A DNA stretch of 64,000 nucleotides from an uncultured Actinomycetes bacterium (lineage in GTDB: Bacteria; Actinomycetota; Thermoleophilia; UBA2241), in NCBI GenBank assembly GCA_963767005.1, contig CAVYCN010000003.1, forward strand, positions 224,001 to 288,000. Direction: 5' to 3'. This document shows positions 56,797 through 64,000 of this stretch, one piece after another. A model generated the notes under the pieces. It was not told the origin of the DNA and did not search any database. It was given only the letters and a program-made list of their open reading frames with translations. The stretch's first letter is position 1. Each line of letters begins with the position of its first letter. A program made the translations under genes and the position numbers.

Positions 56797-57261
56797 TCAA
56801 TGATGGTACGTCTCACCGCGGGCGATCTTGAGCCCGCGGAACAGTTGCTCGGCCAGGACCACCCTGGCGAGCTGGTGCGGCAGCGTGAGCGGCGACAGCG
56901 AGAGCAGCTCGTGCGCCGCCGCCTTGACCTCGTCGGACAGGCCGAGCGAGCCGCCCACCACGAACGTCGCCGGCCCGCGGCCGGTCCACACCTGCAGCCG
57001 GGCGGCGAAGGCCTCGGTGCCGTAGGCCACCCCCGCCACATCGAGTGCCACCAGCGTGCCGCCGGCCGGCAGTGCCGCCATGAGCCGCCGGCCTTCGTCG
57101 CGCACGACCTCGGCGGCGGCCCGCCCCTGCAGCGGCACCTCGCGCACCTCGCGCACGGTGAACCGGGCGAGGCCGGCGAGCAACCGTTCGTAGTGGGCGA
57201 AGGCCGGCCGCAGGTCGGCGCCGAGGCGGCCGACGGCGAGGATCTCGAGACGCTCGGGCAC
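56797..57261 (-). CDS. rlmH: 23S rRNA pseudouridine1915 N3-methyltransferase
   Basis: AVGR, LD..G, GGSLGL, SLS.LTLPHQLARVVLAEQLFR, YHH C-terminus. Confidence 0.9.
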   Translation of the reverse strand: MPERLEILAVGRLGADLRPAFAHYERLLAGLARFTVREVREVPLQGRAAAEVVRDEGRRLMAALPAGGTLVALDVAGVAYGTEAFAARLQVWTGRGPATFVVGGSLGLSDEVKAAAHELLSLSPLTLPHQLARVVLAEQLFRGLKIARGETYHH

Positions 57262-57305
57262 GGCAGGTCACCCTACCACGGCGCTCGCGCAACCGGCAAC
57301 GAGAC

Positions 57306-57393
57306 GTCCCGGCGGCGGGGACGCCGCCGTCAGTCCGACGCCTGTCCCGGCGGCGGGGACGCCGCCGTCAGTCCGACGCCTGCCCCGGCGGCG
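57306..57393. repeat. Exact 38-bp tandem duplication (2 copies plus partial) spanning the GGDEF gene stop
   Basis: GTCCCGGCGGCGGGGACGCCGCCGTCAGTCCGACGCCT at 57306 and 57344. Confidence 0.8.
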
Positions 57394-58546
57394 AGAAGAA
57401 GCCGATCTGGCCGGCGCCGCGCGACTTGGCCACGTACATGGTCGTGGTCGCCTTGGCCACGAGCTCCTCGACGATCGCGCCGTCTTCGGGGAAGGTCGCC
57501 ACGCCGGCGCTGGCGGTCAGGGTGAAGCGGTGCTCACCCGACTCGCAGACCGTCTCGGCGAGCGCGCCGCGCAGGCGCGAGAGCACGACGTCGGCGGCCT
57601 CGTCGTCGGTCTCGGGCAGCACCAGCAGGAACTCGTCGGCGCCGTAGCGGCACGTGAGGTCGCAGGAGCGCAGCAGCCCACGCAGGTGGTCGGCCCACTG
57701 GCGCATGACCTCGTCGCCGCCCGCCTCGCCCACCGCCTCGTTCACCGCCGCGAAGCCGTCGATGTCGAGCATGAGGAAGGCCACGGTGCGGTCGTGGCGG
57801 GCGGCGCGCGCGAGCTCGAGAGTCGCGTGCTCGCGCAGGTGGCGGAAGTTGTACATGCCGGTGAGCGCGTCGCGCGTCTCGGCGTAGCGATGGTCGTTCA
57901 TCAGGCGCAGGTTCTCGAGGGCGATGTCGGACTGGTCGGCGATGCCGGCGAGCAGGCGGCGCTGGACCTCGCGCTGCGAGCCGTCCTCGACGTACACATA
58001 GCCCTCGGCGCTCGAGTTGTAGGCCTCGAACTGACAGACCGTGTCGCCCAGGCCCCAGCAGAGGGTCTCGCGCGTGATGACGTCGGTGCCGGTGATGCGC
58101 TCGAGGGCGCCGTCGACCAAACCGCGCTCGAAGTCGCAGACGGCGCCGCCCAGCGCCGGGAGCCGGTAGCAGGTGAGGCACTTCGACAGCTTGACGAGCA
58201 CCTTGTCTTCGTCGAGCTCGACCTCGAGCTCGCCCAGCATCATGCCGGCAAACCACGACTTGAGGTCCTGGATGGACTGCAGCGCGAGCTTGGCGCTGAA
58301 GCGCTTGGCCGCCGCGTAGAGGACCGCCCCTGAGTTGCTGCCGAGCACCTCGGGCAGCACCACGAGCTGCAGCAGACGCAGCAGCGCGGTCGGCGGCGAC
58401 AGGTCGGGATCGGCTTCGGCGTTCGTGATCTGCTCGACCGACGGCACCGGCCGCGGGTCTTCGGGCTGCGTGAGGGCGATCAGGTTGCCCAGGGTGTGCG
58501 CGAACAGATCGGCGAGCGTTAGTTCCTCGCGAGAGCGGATGACCAT
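57368..58546 (-). CDS. V4R-domain GGDEF protein (diguanylate cyclase-like)
   Basis: V4R cysteines CLTC..VCDFE..CWGLGDTVCQF; DALTG..N, LDIDGF, RSCD I-site, RYGADEF. Confidence 0.85.
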   Translation of the reverse strand: MVIRSREELTLADLFAHTLGNLIALTQPEDPRPVPSVEQITNAEADPDLSPPTALLRLLQLVVLPEVLGSNSGAVLYAAAKRFSAKLALQSIQDLKSWFAGMMLGELEVELDEDKVLVKLSKCLTCYRLPALGGAVCDFERGLVDGALERITGTDVITRETLCWGLGDTVCQFEAYNSSAEGYVYVEDGSQREVQRRLLAGIADQSDIALENLRLMNDHRYAETRDALTGMYNFRHLREHATLELARAARHDRTVAFLMLDIDGFAAVNEAVGEAGGDEVMRQWADHLRGLLRSCDLTCRYGADEFLLVLPETDDEAADVVLSRLRGALAETVCESGEHRFTLTASAGVATFPEDGAIVEELVAKATTTMYVAKSRGAGQIGFFSPPGQASD

Positions 58547-58672
58547 CCCCCCACCCCTCCAGCGCCGGCCCTGACGGGCGGTTTGCCTTGCCGTCGGCCG
58601 CGACGACGGCGGGACCGCGACCCGGCGATATACTCCGCCCGAGTATACGACACAGGAAGGACGCTGCGACTC

Positions 58673-59317
58673 GTGGACGACCCGACCGGCTCTCTCGGCG
58701 TAACCGACCCTGGCGACGGCGCCGGCGCCGCCAAGCGCGAGCTGCGGCGGCGCATCGTCGCGCGCCGCGACGCGATGGCGGGCGCGCAGCGCCGCGCCGC
58801 CGGCGCGGCGCTGCGCGCCCGCCTCACTGCCCTGCCGGCCCTGACCGCCGCCCGCACCGTCCTCTGCTTCGCCTCGTTTCGCACCGAGGTCGACACGGCG
58901 CCTCTGGTCTCATGGCTGCTCGAACGCGACGTCACCGTGGCGCTGCCGCGCATGATGGGCCCGCGCCACATCGAGGCCCTCGCCGTGACCGAGCCGTCCG
59001 CCGACCTCGTGCCGGGACGTTACGACATCCCGGAGCCACGCGCCGGGCTGCCCGTGGTCGCGCCCGCGACGATCGACGTGGTGATCGTGCCCGGCTCGGC
59101 CTTCGACGCCCGCGGCGGACGCCTGGGCTACGGCGGCGGCTTCTACGACGCGTTCCTCGCCCGCACACGGCCCGAGACGCGGCGCGTCGGCATCTGCTTC
59201 GAGCTCCAGGTCGTCGCGTCCGTGCCTCGCGAACCTCACGACCTCTGCGTCGACGTCCTCGTCACTGAGCTGCGCGTCATCGAGACGGGCTGCCGGCCCG
59301 ACACCCCCGCTCCCTGA
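58673..59317 (+). CDS. 5-formyltetrahydrofolate cyclo-ligase
   Basis: K..LRR, EVDT, IPEP, IVPG.AFD..GGRLGYGGGFYD, PHD; start uncertain. Confidence 0.9.
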   Translation: MDDPTGSLGVTDPGDGAGAAKRELRRRIVARRDAMAGAQRRAAGAALRARLTALPALTAARTVLCFASFRTEVDTAPLVSWLLERDVTVALPRMMGPRHIEALAVTEPSADLVPGRYDIPEPRAGLPVVAPATIDVVIVPGSAFDARGGRLGYGGGFYDAFLARTRPETRRVGICFELQVVASVPREPHDLCVDVLVTELRVIETGCRPDTPAP

Positions 59318-59350
59318 GCCGGGCCGACGGTGGCCCGGGGGCGGCCGTGC

Positions 59351-62300
59351 CTACCGCCTGACGGTGAACGTCTTCACGTTGCTGGTGCCGCTTCCCGTCG
59401 ACACCGTGACCTTGCACTTGCCGAGCCTTGCCTTAGCCGGCACCAGGCACCTGATGCGAGTAGAGCTCCACGAGATGTACCTGGTGCACTTGAAGCCGCC
59501 GAACTTGACATAGAACACCGACCGCCTGGAGCCGAAGTTGGCGCCGATGATCGTGACGCTTGCACCGCGACGCCCGGATGTCGGTGACACCCTGATAATG
59601 GCCGCCCTTGGTGGGACGACCGTGAACCTCGTCTGACTCGCTGCAGTACCGCCTGGCGTGGTGATCGTGATCGTCCCACTGGTCGCGCTCGCCGGCACGA
59701 TCGCTGTGATCTGCGCGTCCGAGCCCTCGGTGAAGCTCGCGCCGGTGCCGTTGAACTTGACCGCCGTCGCGCCGCTGAAGTCCGTGCCGGTGAGAGCCAC
59801 GCTGGTGCCGACGGGGCCCGAGGTCGGGGTGAAGCCGGTCACCGTCGGAGCCCCGATCACCGTGAAGTCCGTCGCGCTGGTGGCGGTGCCGAGCGGGGTC
59901 GTCACCGATACCGGGCCGCTGGTGGCGCCAGCCGGCACGGTGGCGTCGATCTCCGCTGCATTGTCTATGGTGAAGCTCGCCGCGGTGCCGTTGAACGTGA
60001 CCGCCGTGGCGCCGGTGAGGTCGCCGCCGAGCAGGGTCACGCTGGTGCCGACTGGGCCGGAGTCCGGCATGAGAAGGGCAAGCCGGAATCCCATGTCCAC
60101 CATGAAACTGGTCGCGCCGGTGGCGGTGCCGAGCGGAGTCGTCACCGACACCGGGCCGCTGGTGGCGCCGGCCGGCACGGTGGCGGTGATCTGCGCCGGA
60201 TTGTCCACGGTGAAGCTCGCGGCGGTGCCGTTGAACGTGACCGCCGTGGCGCCGGTGAGGCCACCGCCGAGCAGGGTCACGCTGGTGCCGGGCGGGCCGG
60301 AGTCCGGCATGAGAAGGGCAAGCCACGGCCCTGGAAGCACCGTGAAGGTCGCGGTGCTGGCAACACTACCGGCGGGAGTGGTGATCGAGATCACTCCACT
60401 GGTGGCTCCGCCGGGCACTTTGGCCGTGATCTGCGTTGCCGAATCCACCGTGAACGTCGTGGCGGCGAGGCCGTTGAACTCGACCGCCGTCGCGCCGGTG
60501 AAGCCGCCTCCGGTGACGGTGACCGTCGTGTCTGGCTTGCCCGCGGTGGGGGTGAAGGAGACCGGTGGTGCGACCGTGAAGTCGGCGGTCTTGTGGGCCT
60601 CGACGTTGCCGGCCGCGTCCACCGACCAGAACTCGAGATGGTAGGTGCCCAGGGTCGTCGCGCTGACCGTCGTCCCGGTCCCGCTGCGGTTCTCGGCGCC
60701 CGAAAGCACCCACTTCGTGGAGGCGACGCCAGAGCCCCCGGCGTTGTCTCTGGGGTCCAGCGTGATCGTCGCGGGTCCGGCGTAGAGGCCGACGGCATCG
60801 CAGGTGGTGCTGGGTGGGGTGTCGTCTGCGGTCGCATCAGAGAACGCGAGGATCGCACCCCCGTTGCCCACGGCCCAGCCGTGGTGATCGTCCACGAAGT
60901 GCACACCCCACAGCATCGGGGCGCGGATAGGCTCAGGCGTCCAGTGGGTGCCGCCGTCGGTGGTCGCGATGAGGCCGCTACCGTCGTACAGACTGACCGC
61001 CCAGCCGTGGGTCGGGTCGGCAAACGACACAGACTCGAGGGTGTCGGTGGTGCCCGATGACTGGGGAGTCCAGTGGGCACCACCGTCGGTAGTTGCGATG
61101 ATCGCGCCATTGAACCCCACCGCCCAGCCGTGGGTATCGTCGGTGAAGGCGACAGAGTTGAGGTCGCTCGAACCCGACGTCTGGGGAGTCCAATGGGCGC
61201 CGCCGTCGGTGGTCGCGAGGATGGCGCCCTGGAACCCCACGGCCCAGCCGTGGGTCGCGTCGGGGAAGGCGACTGCGTTGAGCTCCGTGGTCGCATTGCC
61301 TGCCGCCTGCGCTGCCCAGTGTGCGCCGCCGTCGGTCGTGGCGAGGATGAGGCTGGTGTAAACCCGCATCCCGGGATGGTAGTTGCTTCCCACCGCCCAG
61401 CCGTGGAGAGAGTCGCTGAACGCGACCCCGAGGAGATCCATGTCACCGTTGTTGTTCTGAACGTTCCAGGTGGCGCCACCGTCGCTGGTCGCAACGATGG
61501 CGCCGATAGAGCCCACCGCCCACCCGTGCTGGGCATCGGTGAAGGTCACCGAAGAGAGCGACCCGAAGCTGTTGCCGGAGGCCGTCTGAGCCGCCCAGTG
61601 GGCGCCGCCGTCCGATGTCGCGAGGATGGCGCCGCCGTAGCTGCCTCCCACCGCCCACCCCCGTTGGGCGTCGGCAAAGAACACCGAGTTGAGGTCGTCC
61701 TCGGTGCCGGCCGTCGGCGTCTGAGACGACCAATCGGCTCCGGCGTCGGTGGTTGCGAGGATCGTGCCGGATTCGTTCACCGCCCAGCCGCGATCGGGGT
61801 CGGCGAAGGTGACCGAGCTGAGGCCATCCAGCACGTGGGATTGCTGGACGGTCCAGTTCGCGCCACCGTCGGTGGTCGCGAGGACTTCGCCCGCGATGCT
61901 GCCGTCGGCATTAGAGTCAGCCGCCCAGCCGTGGGTGGCATCCGTGAAATGGACCGAGTAGAGATGGTTCGCCGTGCCCGGCGCCGTCTGGTTGGTCCAG
62001 TGCGCGCCGCCGTCGGTTGTCGCGACGATGGCGCCGGAACCCCAGCCCACCGCCCAGCCGTGCGCCGCATCGACGAAATCGACCGACTTCAGAGCGTCCG
62101 TGGTTCCCGAGGCCTGCAACGCCCAGTTGGCGCCACCGTCGGTGGTCGCTAGGATGGCGCCGTTGTAGCCGACCGCCCAGCCATGATCGGCGTCGGCGCA
62201 GTCGATCGACTCGAGGTCTTGCGTTGCGCCCGCGCTCTGAAGCGTCCAGTGCGCGCCGCCGTCGGTGGTCGCGTAGATCAGGCCGTCGAACCCCTCGAAC

Positions 62301-64000
62301 CCCGCCGCCCAGCCGTCGCTGTCGTCGGCGAAGGCCACGGACTCGAGCGTCGCCGCCGCGGTGATGCCCGATGCCTGTGCCACCCACGTGGCGCCGCCGT
62401 CGGTCGTCGCGACGACGGTGCCGGCAGCACCCACGGCCCAGCCGTGGTCGGCGTCGGCGAAGTCGACCGAGTTCAGGTGGTCCGTGATGCCCGAGTCCTG
62501 GGTGACCCAGTGCCCCCCGCCGTCGGTCGTCGCCAGGATGAGCCCGGCCGCGCCCACCGACCAGCCGTGGTCGACATCGGCGAAGCAGACGGAGCTGAAG
62601 CTCATGGCCTGCGGCAGCGGGTTCTGCCAGAACCAGTCATCGACTCCGGTGCAGATGAAGCTCAAGGAGCTCGTGGCCGAGCCTTCGGGCGCCGTGACGG
62701 TGATCGGGCCCGACGCGTCGCTTGAAGGCACAGTGGCCGTGATCTCGGAGTCCGAGTCGACGCTGAACGTCGTCGCGGGCGTGCCATTGAAGCTCACCGC
62801 CGTGACGTTCGTGAACCCGGTGCCGCTGATGGTCACGCTCGAGCCCACGGCGCCGGACGCCGGTCTGAAGCCGGTGATCGAGTGCGCCGGCGCGGTGACG
62901 GTGAAGCTCGTCGCGCTCGTGGCCGTCCCGATGGGCGTGGTCACGCTCACCCTGCCGCTGGTGGCGCCGCCGGGCACCGTAGCCGTGATCTGCGTGTCGG
63001 AGTCGACGCTGAACGCTAGCGCGGCGGTGCCGTGGAACCTGACCGATGTGGCCCCGCTGAAGTCGGTACCGGTGAGGGTCACGATGGTGCCGACCGGGCC
63101 CGACGCCGGGGCGAGACCAGTGATCGCGAACGGCGTCCCGCGATAGAGGGCGTTGGCCAGATCGAGACGGCCACCCGATGCGACCTTGCCCGCCAGCCCG
63201 TCGACCGGATCGACGCTGCTCTCGATCTCGCTGATACGCGTCGCCATGCTCTCGTCGGGGTAGGCCGCCGCCATCAGGGCGACGGCGCCGGTGACGTACG
63301 GCGCTGCCAGCGAGGTGCCGTTCTCCGACTCGTAGCCGGCGGAGTCGAGCGCTGTCGGGATCGTGCTCAGGATATCGACGCCGGGAGCCGCCAGGTCGAC
63401 GGTCGTCGGACCCCAGTTGGAGAACGACGCCAGGGAGTCGCTGCTGTCCGTCGCGGCCACCGTGATGATGTTGGGACAGTCGTAGGCCGCAGGGTAGAAG
63501 GGCGTCGTGTCGTTGTCGGTGCCGTTGTTGCCGGCGGCGCAGACGCAGACGATGCCGGCGTTGCCGGCGGCGGCGATGGCGTCGTGCAGGGTCTGGTCAT
63601 AGCCGCCCGCCTGTCCCCACGAGCAGTTGGCCGCCACGACGTCGACCCCGTAGTGGACCTTCTCCCAGGTCATGTAGTTGATGCAGGTGACGGCGTCGGA
63701 CGTATAGCCAGAGCCGGCGCTGCTCATGAACTTGAGCGCCATGACCTGGGCCGACCAGCACACGCCGGCCACGCCGGTGCCGTTGTCGCCCACCGCCGCC
63801 ATGATCCCGGCGGTGAGCGTGCCGTGGCCGTTGTCGTCGGCGGGGTCACCGCTCGCGGTGATGGCATTGATGCCGTGGACGTCGTCGACGTAGCCGTTGC
63901 CGTCGTCGTCGATGCCGTTGCCCGCCGTCTCGCCCGGGTTGTCCCACATGTTGGCGGCGAGGTCGGGGTGCGTGTAATCGACACCGGTATCGATGTCGGC
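59351..64000 (-). CDS. Large S8 subtilase with IPT/TIG domains and YCF48-like beta-propellers (5' end outside window)
   Basis: Catalytic DTG, GHGT, GTSLA; about 14 GWAVG...TTDGG..W repeats; about 7 IPT/TIG repeats. Confidence 0.9.
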   Translation of the reverse strand, partial: ADIDTGVDYTHPDLAANMWDNPGETAGNGIDDDGNGYVDDVHGINAITASGDPADDNGHGTLTAGIMAAVGDNGTGVAGVCWSAQVMALKFMSSAGSGYTSDAVTCINYMTWEKVHYGVDVVAANCSWGQAGGYDQTLHDAIAAAGNAGIVCVCAAGNNGTDNDTTPFYPAAYDCPNIITVAATDSSDSLASFSNWGPTTVDLAAPGVDILSTIPTALDSAGYESENGTSLAAPYVTGAVALMAAAYPDESMATRISEIESSVDPVDGLAGKVASGGRLDLANALYRGTPFAITGLAPASGPVGTIVTLTGTDFSGATSVRFHGTAALAFSVDSDTQITATVPGGATSGRVSVTTPIGTATSATSFTVTAPAHSITGFRPASGAVGSSVTISGTGFTNVTAVSFNGTPATTFSVDSDSEITATVPSSDASGPITVTAPEGSATSSLSFICTGVDDWFWQNPLPQAMSFSSVCFADVDHGWSVGAAGLILATTDGGGHWVTQDSGITDHLNSVDFADADHGWAVGAAGTVVATTDGGATWVAQASGITAAATLESVAFADDSDGWAAGFEGFDGLIYATTDGGAHWTLQSAGATQDLESIDCADADHGWAVGYNGAILATTDGGANWALQASGTTDALKSVDFVDAAHGWAVGWGSGAIVATTDGGAHWTNQTAPGTANHLYSVHFTDATHGWAADSNADGSIAGEVLATTDGGANWTVQQSHVLDGLSSVTFADPDRGWAVNESGTILATTDAGADWSSQTPTAGTEDDLNSVFFADAQRGWAVGGSYGGAILATSDGGAHWAAQTASGNSFGSLSSVTFTDAQHGWAVGSIGAIVATSDGGATWNVQNNNGDMDLLGVAFSDSLHGWAVGSNYHPGMRVYTSLILATTDGGAHWAAQAAGNATTELNAVAFPDATHGWAVGFQGAILATTDGGAHWTPQTSGSSDLNSVAFTDDTHGWAVGFNGAIIATTDGGAHWTPQSSGTTDTLESVSFADPTHGWAVSLYDGSGLIATTDGGTHWTPEPIRAPMLWGVHFVDDHHGWAVGNGGAILAFSDATADDTPPSTTCDAVGLYAGPATITLDPRDNAGGSGVASTKWVLSGAENRSGTGTTVSATTLGTYHLEFWSVDAAGNVEAHKTADFTVAPPVSFTPTAGKPDTTVTVTGGGFTGATAVEFNGLAATTFTVDSATQITAKVPGGATSGVISITTPAGSVASTATFTVLPGPWLALLMPDSGPPGTSVTLLGGGLTGATAVTFNGTAASFTVDNPAQITATVPAGATSGPVSVTTPLGTATGATSFMVDMGFRLALLMPDSGPVGTSVTLLGGDLTGATAVTFNGTAASFTIDNAAEIDATVPAGATSGPVSVTTPLGTATSATDFTVIGAPTVTGFTPTSGPVGTSVALTGTDFSGATAVKFNGTGASFTEGSDAQITAIVPASATSGTITITTPGGTAASQTRFTVVPPRAAIIRVSPTSGRRGASVTIIGANFGSRRSVFYVKFGGFKCTRYISWSSTRIRCLVPAKARLGKCKVTVSTGSGTSNVKTFTVRR
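59870..60325 (-). repeat. Near-identical 240-bp tandem duplication of an IPT/TIG domain
   Basis: Sequence at 59881-60085 aligns with 60121-60325 with few substitutions; both encode [10 protein letters not shown]...PLGTAT. Confidence 0.8.

Noticed and set aside
57306-57393. CRISPR-like repeats
   Set aside because: Units abut with no spacers and there are no cas genes.
58547-58672. 6S RNA upstream of 5-formyl-THF cyclo-ligase
   Set aside because: The gap is only about 125 bp and is shared with a divergent promoter; no 6S-like structure is evident.
178-63984. Many long overlapping ORFs in the track rich in R/A/G/P, or antisense to real genes (for example 178-1731, 19156-21810, 41827-45051)
   Set aside because: They are shadow ORFs typical of very high GC DNA; recognisable proteins occupy another frame or strand.

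Overview
This is a high-GC bacterial chromosome segment, probably an anaerobic or facultative actinobacterium. That lineage is inferred from GC content and gene styles, not proven. It holds about 55 genes. The key feature is a complete but scrambled pyrrolysine (22nd amino acid) system: pylB-pylC-pylD-pylT (tRNA-Pyl, anticodon CUA, 18986-19058, minus strand), a detached pylSn (16092-16433) and a pylSc (12048-12911) translationally coupled to a cell-wall amidase on the other strand. An orphan methylamine-type corrinoid protein, a radical SAM gene and a SulP-STAS-DUF47 fusion lie between these parts. TAG still ends 15 of the 54 called genes whose stop is in the window, including pylSc, pylSn and pylC, and the pylC TAG is in frame with pylD. 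Other content: a C1-folate operon (fhs-fchA-folD-nuoE/F-like; the FolD lacks cyclohydrolase residues and there is no catalytic HydA/FdhA subunit), a gatCAB-nifV-like-aksD-ppi-aksE-icd run directly upstream of pylB, an uncharacterised Lrp-APC permease-metallophosphoesterase-nucleotidyltransferase-like cluster facing patA, housekeeping genes (cysS, gltX, argS, pyrE, tldD/E, uppP, rlmH), trehalose genes, tRNA-Gly(CCC) and a large truncated S8 surface protease. I found no mobile element, no CRISPR array and no Pyl-containing methyltransferase in this window. Start codons were chosen by eye and all family calls come from motif recognition, not database searches.
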